From the NCBI RefSeq assembly GCF_009914755.1, contig NC_060927.1: a stretch of DNA of 64,000 nt. One strand, written 5' to 3'. This document shows, piece after piece, positions 35,720 through 49,318 of the stretch (its first letter is position 1; each line of letters starts with the position of its first letter). The notes below the pieces were generated by a model. That model did no database searches. It was not told the DNA's origin and saw only the letters and a list, made by a program, of their open reading frames with translations. Position numbers and translations under genes: made by a program. This DNA comes from the human T2T-CHM13v2.0 reference genome, Homo sapiens.

Positions 35720-37360
35720 TCTGTAGAATCTGGTCACTGGACAGAGAATAATTAGATCTCTAGTTCCAACTCTAGTTCAACTCTCATCTTCCGGCTATGG
35801 GACCCTGAGAATTTTGTTTAATTTCTCTATGCCTCCATCTGTAAAACTGGAGAAAAAAATCTCTACTGGTAAGGACCAAATGAGACAACTATATGTAAAT
35901 TGTTAAATCGTAATATAAATGGCCCTGTATTATAAAGGATAATAGTCTCAAAACGATTTATCTTAACATTGAGTCATTTCTCAGAGGCCAGCTCACAGAA
36001 TCTCAGAGATTTGTGGTGAGATGTCTAATGAAAGACCAGGTTGAAATGGGACTGAGTTGGGGAGTGGGTAGGAAAGCAGGATTCAGAAGTGGGAATGTGT
36101 ACCTGAAAGAAACATAATGCTATATTCTCTTTCTCAACTGTGACATTCCACTTTAGTATCCTTGAGATAAAATTCTGGTAGAAACAGTGAGACTATTTAT
36201 TATAGATTCAACTTAATTCAACGTATTAAATTAAATTAAATAACTAAGTCCTGCTGTGGCCATGTGCTAGGTGCCAGGGGGAATGAAATGTATACCACAA
36301 TCACTGTCTTCAAAAAGCTTATAATCTAGACTGTCCAGGAAAAAAAAAAAAAGCTGAGAAGTTCCAGGAATAGAAAGCTTATAATTTTAAAGGATCAAAA
36401 GCTACAAAAAGGAATCCAGCACAGTGAGAAAAAAAAGATTCGGGACTTAGAGAAAGTCTTAGGTTTAAGTTCTTTGCCCCCATATTCCCTCCACCTGCAT
36501 CACTCTCCATGTGCCTGCCCCCAGCAGCCACCATCACCTTTTAACTCTTATCCTTTGGTGCTCAGAAAGCCTTCCCTGACTGTTTTGACTTGGCCAAATC
36601 TCTATTATGTAATCCTACCATAACCTGGAGCCTTTCCTAAGGAGTACTTTTAAGAGGTGGATTTTTACATTTATTTGTGTACCGATCTGATTAACTCCAT
36701 GAGGTCAAGAACCCTGGTTTTATTAATCACACACACTTACACACTTGCCCATGAGCCAGCACTGTTGGCTGGCATACAATGTGTGCTCCTCAAATGTATA
36801 AAAAAGAGAGAGATATAAGGAAGGAAAGCCTGGCTTTGATATTTACTGGGTTGTAAAGTCACTTGGTCTCTTTGTATCCTCATCTGTAAAATGGAGATGA
36901 TAATGCCCATTTTCCAGGGTTGTTATGAGAATTAAATAATCAATGACATACTGCTTTATAAACTGTAAAGTGAATAGTATTTTAATACACGGTAAAAAGC
37001 ACTACAGCGGTCACAAATGAAAACACAGAGCTAATGCAGGACAGGCAATTAACTCCCTCCCTTCTGAACTGGCGCAAAGAATGAATCAACAAAGACTTAA
37101 CAGAGAAGGTGATATGTGGCTGAGGAATGAGGAGAATTTAATAAGTAGAGACAACACCTACTTTCTACATTTACTTGAGAAAGAGAAAGCATGTGTGTGT
37201 GTTGACTCCTCACTAGAAAATCACTCTGTAAGGACAAGGATTTCCATCTGTTTTGCTCATAGTTATATTCCCAGTGCCTATGCCAATGTCTGGTACATGG
37301 TTGGTGTGTGGTAAATACTAACTCACTGAAAACATAAGTGAATGAATGCATGCATGAATG
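35720..37360. mobile_element. Cluster of MIR and L2 fragments
   Basis: MIR cores catctgtaaaa at ~35840 and ~36880; L2 3' end ..gtgaatgaatgcatgcatgaatgga at ~37350. Confidence 0.65.
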
Positions 37361-37439
37361 GAGGGGAGAAGGAATTATCAGAAGAAACTTTATGGGTAAA
37401 AGCAGGCACAAAACAGTGTCTTGTTCCAGTAGAAAGTGG

Positions 37440-37780
37440 TCCTGGTGTGGGAAACGTGGGCTGTGAGAGACCAAGTTGCAGAGGAGGAGCGGGGAGGAGA
37501 GGAGGTAAGCGACCCAGTGAACACAGATGCTGCCGCCTGACGAGAATACTGGTACACTGGCAGACTTTAAGATGACATTCGCGTGGCTGATTGGCAGAGT
37601 TTCTAAGTTTTTGAACTAACGCTCCTAGCCCTGACATCTTTAATTGAAACTGAAGCGAAAATACTCCCCATTAAAACATCAAACGGAAGTGCCTTGAGTC
37701 AGGCCGCATTGCTAATCATCACAAAGTTCTCCTCTGCACACCACGGGTCTTTGACAACATGTAACCTACGATGACAATGA
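37440..37780. promoter_or_regulatory. Candidate intron-2 enhancer or internal promoter
   Basis: Non-repeat block with about a dozen CpGs; TCGCGTG 37579-37585, CTGATTGGC 37587-37595, CGGAAGT 37684-37690, TGAGTCA 37695-37701. Function is inferred. Confidence 0.5.
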
Positions 37781-39010
37781 GGGGGAAAATGTGTTTGTAA
37801 TTACAATAAAGATGGAAGCTATGAAAATCAGGAGCATCTGAATTCAAAACAATGCATATAAATCATGTCATTTGCATAGAAACGTGGCATTGCTACTGAT
37901 ATTGGTTAAAAATCAGAAGTAGATGAATAATGAACAGAATGCTGCTTTTAAAATTATAAAATAAAAACCTAATTACTCTTATCTTTTGGAAAAATCTCTC
38001 AGAGTCCTTAATAAGAGAAGAAGAACTGAAAATAAACTGTGTACTGTAGACTTTCAGTCAGTACATCACCGTCTTTTTTTTTAATGTCAAGAAATGACTG
38101 CCTAATCAGTATCTGTGATAATGATCTGTAATCTTACCAGCGTGAGATTGATGATAAATAGCAAGTACTGATTTTTTAATAACATGAAGAACAGATATAC
38201 AACACATTTTCAGGTAGGAGTCATCCAGACCTCCTTAATGGAAAATCATCACAGTCCAGCTATTGTAATATAATTCAAATAAAATCTTTTTAAGATGTCA
38301 TTTTAATGCAAATAACCTAGCAGCAAACTTTTAAACTATTGGTGCCCAAAGCTTATTTTTATCTAACTCTCAGATAGTAAGAATGTTTGAAATAATTGAG
38401 TTCTTGTCTAATTACCTAAAGACTAATTCAGAACTTCATTTATTTGGAGAGTCTCTGGCATAGCAGATCCATTTAAAATGACACACAAGAGCAGGCAATT
38501 AAAAATTAAAGTTGAAATCAAGATGAAAAAGGCAAGATTGAAGCCGGCTTAGACTGCTCTGATTAGCTGTGGAGGGGCAGTGAAATTCGACAAGGGCTTG
38601 ACAGACTGTCAAGGATGCAAAGAAAGAGGCAGGATGATGGAACGAAGCTCCCAGGGGCACCAAAGCTGTTTTGAGTCTTTCCAGTATATGTCCATTTGCA
38701 AAGCTGGCTACACGCAACTAGGAGAGATCACCCGACTGAGTATGGATGAGAGCTGGAGACTCCCAGTCACAGAAAACCTTCCCTCGTGTCCGTTGTCCCA
38801 GAGGGGAATGCCAGGCTCGTGGGTAATTAGGAAAAGGCACGTCATCCAGATAAGCAAGACCATTAGATATGGGTGCACCTTGTGCATAGCAAGCTCTTTT
38901 GTATAGAACACTTTTGGAATGGCTTGAGCAATGACACACACACACACAATCAAAGTGGTGTTTGACAATGCATTTTACAGTTTGCAAATGCCTTTTACAT
39001 AGACAATAGC

Positions 39011-39219
39011 CCTTCATTCTCACACTAGCCCCATTTTACAAGTGGTGAAATTGAGGTCCTAAAAAGTTAGGTAACAAACCTAAAGTACTAGGACAAGAAA
39101 TCAAAACGTTTGACTCCTTCATTCTCACACTGCCCCATTTTACAAGTGGTGAAATTGAGGTCCTAAAAAGTTAGGTAACAAACCTAAAGTACTAGGACAA
39201 GAAATCAAAACGTTTGACT
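39011..39219. repeat. Tandem duplication 105/104 bp within a MIR
   Basis: Copies 39011-39115 and 39116-39219 are identical except for a 1-bp indel. Confidence 0.95.
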
Positions 39220-39886
39220 CCAAATCCCAAAACACATCATCTCCTCATTTAGTGACACTCTTTTTTAATTCACTCTTAGTGGATTTTTTTCTCTTTTCTC
39301 TCTCTTCATTTTCCTCTTACCTATTTTCCTCCCTTCCTTTTCCATTTCCTTGCCCATTTCCTCTTATTCTTGTCTGTGCCATAACTCTGCCAGCACCTCA
39401 GAGAGCACGGCTCAGCTGAGCAGACCATCTGAGATCTGAAGAGCTTGCTGATGGACCCTGCAAGGCAGAGCGTGGTTCTGTTTCTACTGTAGCAAAAGCG
39501 TTACCCTCTGAGAACTAGTTGAGGGCATACAGATGGACTTGTAGAGTACAGTTAAATTACGTTCATGCCAGAAAATAATAATCTGATAGATTCTTAAGTT
39601 CGCGTGGAGGGGTTGATCTATAAAAGGGCCCAAAGATGGAGTCTTCCATAGATACTCACACCCCTGCTCTGAGCCCCAGAAAGCAAATTTTATCCCTGTC
39701 CTAGAAAGGCACTCAGGCTATGTATGGGAGGGCCACTCATAGCACTTTACTAAATCTGGATTCTTCTCTTTCAGATTATAAATATATACCATCTGAGCCA
39801 TACATCAAATGTCTAGGTCTCTATTTCTCTCCCAAGGACCAAGTGAACAAGTGAGCTCACAAATGGAAGTGAAAACTAGTTACAGC

Positions 39887-40069
39887 AGTTTTTCTCTAAA
39901 TATGGCCCCTTATAAGAATCATTAGCATCACTTGAGAACCTGTTAAAATGCAAATTCTTGGGTCTCAATCCAAATCTAATGAACTAGAATCTCTGGGACT
40001 GGGACCCAGCAAGCTGTTCCGATAGCCTCTCTAGATTATTCTGATGCCAGTTGAAGTGTGTGAACCCTG
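39887..40069. mobile_element. MER5A MITE (followed by a MIR ~40075-40210)
   Basis: agcatcacttgagaacctgttaaaatgcaaattcttggg..gaatctctggg. Confidence 0.8.
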
Positions 40070-41430
40070 GTCTAAGTACAGTGCAATGGAAAAGCCCTTG
40101 ACTAGGAGCCAGGACTCATGGGACTTAGTCCTGGTGAGGCCCCTCACTCACACGTGAGCTAGGGGAAATTGTGTCACCTCCCTAGCCCCATTTCCTCACC
40201 CATCAAATGAAGAAGTCTTATGTGGGGTGCCGGGCACTTTTCTTTTGTGCACATCCTGTGAGTCTTCAGGAAGGATGACACGAGGCATCAACGAAGCACA
40301 GCTCCAGCTCAACATCACCAATATCACTTGCTCTTATTCCACAATAACCTCTTGCTTCCTTAAAGTCTTAAAGCTTATTCTCCAAGAGTCTCTAGTAAAA
40401 TTATAGTTGAACTTGTGAGAAGATGCCTCAGCTATTACCTGTATCATGGCTCACATATCAGCTAAGCTAGAACATAGAACAAGTATTTCTTGAAGGGACC
40501 AAGATCCAGAAATGAAAGGTGAGGCTGGCCCCAATGGAGCAAGTCAACAAAGACCAACTTCCTCCAGTTCTCAGTTTCATTGGAGTTTAGCCTCACCTCT
40601 GTTAGATTTCTTTTTGGCCAGTTATAAGGCTGATTGCTATCCTTCTCTCTTACTGCATTAAATAGAATATGTATCTAGAGAGATTGTAATATATAAAAGG
40701 AAGCTAAACTCCCAACAGAGTTTGATTTATCAACAATTTGGTTGTCATTCGGGGCCATGGGCTGATGCATTCTTATAAACACTCAGTAAAAGTCAACTAG
40801 AAGAGAGTCCTCTAGGAGACTGTCCTTCCACTCTCTTTAATAGAAACATCCACTTCAGCCTGTCAGCCACCACATAGTAACAGAATCGCTACCACATGCA
40901 GGAACTGGGGGTGCAGCAATTAACACGTTAGAAATGCTCACTTCCTTTGAGAAGCTGACAGTCCCGCAGGGATGATGCACATTGTCCGAGTGCCATGAGT
41001 GCTGCAAGGAATTGGTATGGAAGGAAATACAGGGAAACTCACCCAAAGCCAGAGGCTTTTATTAACAGAGAGAGGCAATGGCCTCAAGGGCAAGATGGCT
41101 GCACTTTTTACCCTAGTGTATCTGCAGAATGTGACATGCTCTCATCAATCAGCTGGGACAGACAGCATCCTCCTCAGAGTGATGCTCCCCACCCCTTCCC
41201 TTCTTTTCCTCAGGAGTCACTCCAGTGCAGGGAGTGGGATATGTCAGGAATCGAGAGGAACGGTCAGTGTGAACTTAGTAGCCTATAGCCTGACTTGACT
41301 ACTTCACATTTCCTGTTATTTTTAGCTATTAACATGTGGTTGTTCCCTGCTCTAGCATTCACGAAACTCACAACTTTAAAAGAAATATCTTGTGAAATCG
41401 CTCTTCTTGATCAAACCTCACCATCCACAA

Positions 41431-41870
41431 TTTTTAATTTAACTTGTATTTTAAGATCGGGGAACATGTGCAGGTTTGTTATATGAGTAAACTTGCTTCA
41501 TGGGGGTTTGTTGTATAGATTATTTTGTTACCCATGTATTAAGCTTAGTACCCATTAATTGTTTTCCCTGATCCTCTCCCTCTTCCCAGCCTCCACCTTC
41601 TGACAGACCCCCGTATGTGTTGTTCCCTTCTATGTGTCCATGTGTTATCATTTAGCTCCCACTTATAAGTGACAACATGCGGTATTTGATTTTCTGTTCC
41701 TGCGTTAGTTTGCTAAGGATAATGGCTTCAGCTCCATCCATGTCCTGAAAAGGACATGATTTCGTTCTTTATTATGGCTGCAGAGTATTCCGTGGTGTAC
41801 ATGTACCACATTTTATTTATCCAGTCTATCACTGATGGGCATTTAGGTTTGTTCCATGTCTTTGCTATTG
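41431..41870 (-). mobile_element. L1PA (PA13-like) 3' end, sense to ATP13A4
   Basis: Reverse L1PA 3' UTR; TSD ACCATCCACAA/ACCATACACAA at 41420-41430 and 41871-41881. Confidence 0.9.
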
Positions 41871-42047
41871 ACCATACACAAATTAGTGAAATCCTGCTAG
41901 ATGCAAGGCTGTGATGAAACCTAAGGAACCAAAGACTGGAGCCTCCACCTGCTATCTGTCTTGTGCACATCTCCCCCCAGCCATCCCGTAACACATTGTC
42001 CAGAAACAAAAGGGGGGCACCAGCGACATAACCAGGTACACACTTAC

Positions 42048-42221
42048 CGTTGTCCTCAGCAACACAGTGTCTGCTTCTTGCAAGGAACATGGGACACAAT
42101 GTGCCCATACGTGCCATGCTGGTCTCCAGTAAAACACCAAGGGGAGGATTCCAAATGAGAAGATGGATCCGGCAAGGCAGAGACTTTTCCGGCAGCCTTG
42201 AGTCCGATAGCCAAATATCTC
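42048..42221 (-). CDS. ATP13A4: ATP13A4 coding exon 2 (174 nt, phase 0-0): EIFGYRTQGCRKSLCLAGSIFSFGILPLVFYWRPAWHVWAHCVPCSLQEADTVLLRTT
   Basis: Acceptor ttttgattctgtcccag|GAG and donor ACG|gtaagt; contained in ORF 41952..42236; includes the hydrophobic N-terminal membrane-associated segment of P5B ATPases. Confidence 0.95.
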
Positions 42222-42439
42222 CTGGGACAGAATCAAAATGATACCAAATATTGGTTAAGCACAATAAACAATAAATGAACAAATACTGATTTTAGTGATG
42301 GAAATGGGGGCAGAGTGAAGGAGTTGAGGAGGGTGAGGAGAGGGCAGGGTGAGGCATGGAGAGAGTGGAGAGGAAATCTTGACAAAGAAGTGTAAGACAT
42401 GATCCCAGGAAGCAAGGAAGTCACAGTCTAACTAGGAAA

Positions 42440-43400
42440 TCAGTTTCTATCATTTGAGCACCTAGATACCCTGTGCCAAGCACTGTGCTAGGTGTTTAGA
42501 TGTGCTGTCTTGTTTAACTCTCCCAATCATGCCTATCCCTGTGTTTTCCCTGAAGTGAGATAATCATCCTCATTTCATACATGGTGGGACTGAGCTTAGA
42601 GTGGCAGAATGGGATGATGTGCCCAAGGCCGCACAGCTAGAATGTCCCACTGCTAAGATTCCAATCCAGGTCTGTCAGCTGGCGAGCTGACAGCAGCACC
42701 AAGAGATTCCCTTGGCTGGGATCAGCAGACACAGGAGAGGGAGAGAAAAGAACCAGGCCTTGAAATCTGAGTCAGGATTGGGTGAAAGTATTTGACCATA
42801 AGAGGATTAACAAGTAAATGCCAGCTTGCCCTTGGGAGTTTGGGGTAGAGTTGTGCCTTCCCATGTTCCTTCCTCATTCATCAACAAACAATTTTATGTC
42901 AAGAGGAAAACACCATAGGGACTATTTGGTTTACTTCATCTCATTCTACTGAGCACCAATGCGTCATGAGAGGATATTATTAGACCCCAGAGGATACATA
43001 CAAGACAAGATAAGAGTCTCACCTCTAATAAATATATAATCTAGACAAACGTCTTCCTTCCAAGGAAATCCTGAGATAGAATAGAAAACCATCCCTGAAG
43101 TTTATGGTCTTAGTCCCACAACTTTATCCCACAAAGTCATGGGTATACTTTACACTGGTTATGACAGCTAAAATTGAGAGGTAGTAGAGTGTCCTGGTTA
43201 AAAGCACATTCTCCAGACCAAGACTCTTTGGGTTCAGAGACTAGCTCTGCCACTTACTGGGCGTGTGATTTTTCAGTACATTATTTAACCTCTTTATTCC
43301 TCAGTTTGTCTTCCATAAAATGGGATAGTAATAGCACCCACATGACAGGGTTGTTGCCCTATGTAAGCATTTACTACGGCTGTTGCTGCTATTACTTGAT
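42440..43400. mobile_element. MIR copies (~42440-42670 minus; ~43178-43400 plus)
   Basis: MIR tRNA-head and core motifs, e.g. gctctgccacttactgggcgtgtga..cctcagtttgtc. Confidence 0.75.
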
Positions 43401-44782
43401 CACATGTCTCTGAAATAGACCTGAAATTCTATCCACCAGTTTATTGGCAGTTAGGTACAAGAATTCCTAGTGTCAACAGTTCTGCTCTTGCTAGAATTGT
43501 CTCTTAGGATAACAAGGGAGTTGGAACATAAAACTTTAAATCTATCAACTTCTTTATCTCACCTGATAAAGATTACATTGCCAGGAAAGGTTCTGTGATG
43601 CTTGGCTGAAGGTTGCTTTTGTGTGTAAACATTAGATTCCTTTCTACTATTAGCAACACATACAGGTGCCGAATGGCTTTCTTAGGCATTGTCCAAATTT
43701 GGCATAACTGATAAAATGTTCTCATTAACTCAGAAATACAATCTCTTAACTAATTTTGCAAAGTAGAATGTAGATTCTGACATGAATACTCTTCTGCTCC
43801 AAGCTCAAGCCATTGCTCTCCAGATGCCAAGCCTAGAATGGCTCTGTCCCCTCAACACACTGGCAGCAATGCTCTCTTAATCCCACACAGAGCAGTGCCC
43901 TAGTCTTAATTTCCTTACTTGTCCTGAGTCCAGCTACCATTCTTTCCCATGTGCTTTTTCTATGTTTCAACACTTTGGCATAGATCAATTTGTACCTTCC
44001 GACTCAGCCATTTTTTCATCTTTTTAAAATATTATATTTAAAAGTTTCCTTATATTGCCAGTCAGTTGAGCCCCCATGTAATATGCCTGAGTTACTCGGT
44101 TCTATAGCAAAAACCTCTCTGTTACTATGCATTCTTTTTTGGGCTACGCAGTGAGGGCTCTCTACAGTTTCCAAAGTGTCTTTGTGTTCATTGCCAACAT
44201 AAAGTAAACAAAAATTATTATCTTAATTCCCCATTAAGAAAACTAAAGTTCAAAGTTACTATAATACCTTTAATAGTAATAATAGTGATTATTAACAACT
44301 AATTATTGATAACAGTGCTAGCAGCTAACACTTATTGGGCACTTAATAGCCTTTCACTAAGCACATGATACATATTCTCCCATTTAGTTGAAAAAGATTA
44401 AATTAGTTTCCCAAGCCACAAAGCTCATAACTAACTCAAAACTGGGCCTCCAGTCTAGACCTCTGCAGCACATGGAAGATGATGTGGGCTGGCCATTTCT
44501 ACTCCTATGCTCTTCTTTATTCTTTTATTTCAGTTCAATTTAACAAATGTTTGTTACATGTCCACCAAATGGCAGGCATGTGCTAGACGCAGAGATAAAT
44601 AAGACAATATCTCCAGTCTCAAGGAGCTCATTAGTTTAGTAGAGAAGAGAGTCACACAAACAGCTAAGATTAAACAAGGTTAGAGCAATAAAGGGTTACA
44701 TGGAGAGATAACCATATAAATTGTCACCTGAATGGGGTGCTATTAATAATAACACTGGGACAACAGGAGTAGGTGGGTGTGA

Positions 44783-45120
<338 letters not shown>

Positions 45121-45529
45121 TACAACCGACTGTTTTAAATGAATGCATTTCAATGGATTTACCTCGCTGCTCATCCAATCTGGACACCTATTAAAATCCT
45201 TGCCTCTGTACAGTTTCTTCTTTGCCACTCTTAAATACTAAAGAACATTTTTCTAAGTTTCTTCCAAGTTAATTTGACTTATAGATTCAGGTGAAAAATT
45301 CTCAACATGAATGACCTAATCTAGAAATCTTAAACTGGAGGCTCAAAAGGAATGACCTACAGTCTCATTTCTTTTTTACCTGTTAGGTATTTCTTAAAAC
45401 TTTAAATTTGTCCCCCAGTTATTTTCACATAAAAATTAAGATTTCTACTTTTTCCTTAAAATAAATTAAAATGGTGACAATATTGTTCCCACATTCTTGC
45501 ACTGCAGTAATCAGTTGGAGAGCAAAAAA

Positions 45530-46080
45530 AACCATGTGTAATATAACCCAGAAAATAACCCAGATGCCATCAGTGAGTGAGATGTACTGTGGTGTGTCCA
45601 CACAATGAGATTTAATACAGCACTTCAAATGTATGAGCTCCAGCAACACACATCAATATGGATGACTCTTAGTAATAGAATAGGAAGTGAAGAAAGTCAG
45701 TGCAAAGGATTGTAATAGCATCATAACCTTTTTATAAAGTTAAAAACTGCTAGCATTTCAATTATTTGGGGGATATATCTAGATAAAAGAAAACCATATA
45801 GGAAGGAAAGCAAGGGAATGATGAACACATGATTTAGTACAGTGGCTGCCTCTGTTGGGGAAAGGCAGAGGAATGAGAGGCCATACTGTTACATGCAGAT
45901 TATTGTCAAAGTCCTAGCTTTTGTTTGTGGTGATGGGTTCAGCACATTATTATAAAGAACTAATAAAGTAGCTAACCAAATTAATGCAACACAACATGGG
46001 CAAATAATATGAGTGTGTCACGAACCAAAGATTATGGACAATCTAATTGTGAGTACCTCAAGTCTTAGGAGAAAAAAGAA
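45530..46080 (+). mobile_element. L1ME 3' fragment
   Basis: cacaatgagatttaatacagca..catcaatatggatgactctt..aagcaagggaatgatgaacaca. Confidence 0.6.
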
Positions 46081-46249
46081 CCAGCCAGAGCAAGTACCAT
46101 ATGCCCCCTCTAAATGAGCAGGTGCCCACTTCTTTTCTGTGGTTCCTGCCTTGCTTTCTTTTTTCCCCAACACTGAGGCTATATGTTAGGTTCCATCTCA
46201 CATCTCATGCCAGACCTGCTCATTGGAGCTACAGTCTCACCCTGTAAAC

Positions 46250-46459
46250 TAGTGGTTCTCAACCAAGGGAGAGTTTGTCTCCCAGGGTACATTTGGCAAT
46301 GTCTGGAGATATTTTTGGGTCACCCAACTTCTGGCATCTGGTGCTCAGAGGCAGGAATGCTTCTAAGCACCCCACAATGCAGAGGACATTCTCCTACCTC
46401 CACCCTCCACAAGAAAAAAATTATCTGGTCCAAAATAGTGCCAAGATTGATAAAACCTG
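46250..46459. mobile_element. MER20 hAT MITE
   Basis: agtggttctcaacc..catttggcaatgtctggagatattttt..ttatctggtccaaaatagtgccaagattgataaaacctg. Confidence 0.9.
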
Positions 46460-46974
46460 CTTTAGGCATTTTAGTTTCCTCCCACCTAAACTAGGCAGAT
46501 CTTTAGGTCCTAGTGCCTAGGATGACATCTTCAGCACCCAAAGAACTAGAAAATTTTGATTTTGAAACCCATGGTAAAAGAGGATTGACACTTAATACTA
46601 AATGACCAACAAAGTAGGTAATGGTTGCAATGCAGCCCAACAAATCATTTCACAGATAAGGAAACTGAGGTACTAAGACAGAAAGCAGATTGCCCATGTG
46701 ATCTACCACCTGCCTTCCTCTCCAACTCCATCTTGGACCACTTTCCCTCTATATCACTCTGTACCAGCCACGAGGACTCTTTCCATTTTGTTGAATTCAC
46801 CCAGCCCTTTCCTGCCTCATGGTCTTCCCATGGCTTGCTATTTCTCATTCTTTCAGTCTCCTTTAAATATTTGCTTTTCAGAGAGGTCTCAGCCAACCAT
46901 CCTATATAATTAAGCCCTTAATCTCATGTGCCCTTTATAATACTTTTGTAGAATTTTCACAATTTGCAATTTGT

Positions 46975-46976
<2 letters not shown>

Positions 46977-47010
<34 letters not shown>

Positions 47011-47294
47011 CAGAATCTTGCTCTGACTCTGTCACCCAGGCTGGAGTGCAGTGGCGCAATCTCGGCTCACTGCAGCCTCTACCTCCTGCGTTCCAGTGAT
47101 TCTCCTGCCTCAGCCTCCTGAGTAGCTGGGATTACAGGCGCCCGTCACTGTGCCCAGCTAATTTTTGTATTTTTAGTACAGACGAGGTTTCACCATGTTG
47201 GCCAGGCTGGTCTCGAACTCCCGACCTCAGGTGATCCAGCCGCCTCAGGCTCCAAAAGTGCTGGGATTACAGGCGTGAACCACCGCACCTGGCC
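46977..47294 (-). mobile_element. AluSx with a long T tract, nested in an L2 (~46690-47490)
   Basis: Full dimer; TSD approximately TGCAATTT(G/C)TA. Confidence 0.93.
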
Positions 47295-49000
47295 TGCAAT
47301 TTCTATTTTTTGCTTGCTTTTCTGTTTCCTCCTTTCTGCTCCCCTACAACGAGGCTTTAATTTATGTCATAGTAGGATCAATTCAAGTTTTTTCTTCCAA
47401 CGTTGTTTACCCAGCATCACATACATTATCTGCATGTAGTGGGCACTCAATAAATACTTGCTGAATCAATCAATATATAAATGAGTGGCTATATTAAAGG
47501 AAAGAATAAAGGAAGGAGACAAAGGTGGGAAAGGGAGGGAGAGAGGGATGAAGGGCAAGAGAGAAGGAGGGAAGGGAAGTTAATAAACCCGTACTCTCCT
47601 TGTTCCTAGCCCAACAAATTTAACTGTATTATCTCCCTGGACACTAAAAATAAAATCAGTCCACTGAGGGGAGGAAGGAGAAAACATAGCAACTCCCAGA
47701 TGCTGCTCTGTGCCTTTGGTCATTAGGAAATGTTAAACTAGTCACATCATTTGCATTACATCAAGTTAATCTCTAAGTCTAGGTTTCTTGAATGAGTGCT
47801 AGGATTTTTGCTTTTTCTTTCTCTTTTTAGCCTGTCTCCAAGAGTTGAAAAGATGCTAAAGGTAAGACTGAGTTTTACAAACTCTCTGTCTTCAACAGAG
47901 CCAAACCAAGGGCCTGCCCTGGAAGGGACAAACTGGTTAGATATCTACTCTCCAGTCTCCTGCTCTAGTCCAAAAAGTGTGTTCACAATCACTTTAGTGT
48001 GAATTGTGCTGAAGTCCCAGTCTTGTATACTACTTTGCAAAAAAAAATTATTATTATTAAAAATAAAAAATAATAATCTCCAACAATGACTACTGGCATG
48101 CAGCTGAGTCCCATTTTCCATTAACAATGTTTACGTCCATTCAGTGGTTACAGGAGTGGCCCTTGAGGGGATCCTGAGGAACAAAATGAACTGGCCACAG
48201 CTGGCAGATAGTTGGGATGATAATCAAATTCTCTTCCCAGCTTTGGAATGTCACTTCTCTCTCATTCCCAGCTTTGGAATGTCACCTCTCTGGTCATTGA
48301 CTCCCAGTTTCTCTTGCCACACTTTCTTTCTCATGATTGCTATGGGAAACAATAGAATGACACCTGGCCCAGATGTCAGGCTCAAGAACCAAGGCAACGA
48401 TCGTAAAAATGCTTCTGTGCTGCACCTCCAGCATAAAGTCTTTAAAGTATCTTTGCTTCAGTTTTCAATTCAAATTGCCTACTATGTCTAAGACAATGGG
48501 TAAAGTATGTCTGCTAGAGATAAATCTTCCACCCTCAAGGAGCTGACAGAAGAGATGATGAGTTTTAAAATAACTATAATTCAGGGCAGAAAATATTAAA
48601 TGCCATATGAAAAGCACAAGGGAAAAAATAGTTTCAAATGATGAAGATCTCCTACTGAGACAATTAATAGGAAACACTTTCCAAAAGAATAATAATTTGC
48701 AATTGACTTGGAGAGAATTGGTAGAATTTTGATACCTGGGAAAGGAGAGTAGGAAAGGGCACTCCAAGTGGAGGAATTAGCCTTGAGCAAAGGTAGACTA
48801 TACAAGGAATATATTTAATGACAAAATGTCAGGTTAATGCCTTACAGGAGTTCCAAGTACTCTAATGTTACGATTAACCTAATCGTGTATGGTTAGATAA
48901 CACAACTTTGGTTGGGACTTCGGGATTCTAGTTTGTGTACGCTACTCTAGATACGGCTTTTGAAAATCAACTTTGCTGAACCCTTAAAAACTGCACCTCC

Positions 49001-49318
<318 letters not shown>

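Noticed and set aside
41861-41870. Both short L1PA copies break at the same TTTGCTATTG L1 position (also 53521)
   Set aside because: Different subfamilies with separate TSDs; two cases cannot be distinguished from coincidence.
48870-48886. ACGATTA-ACC-TAATCGT hairpin
   Set aside because: A 7-bp stem is expected by chance in 64 kb.
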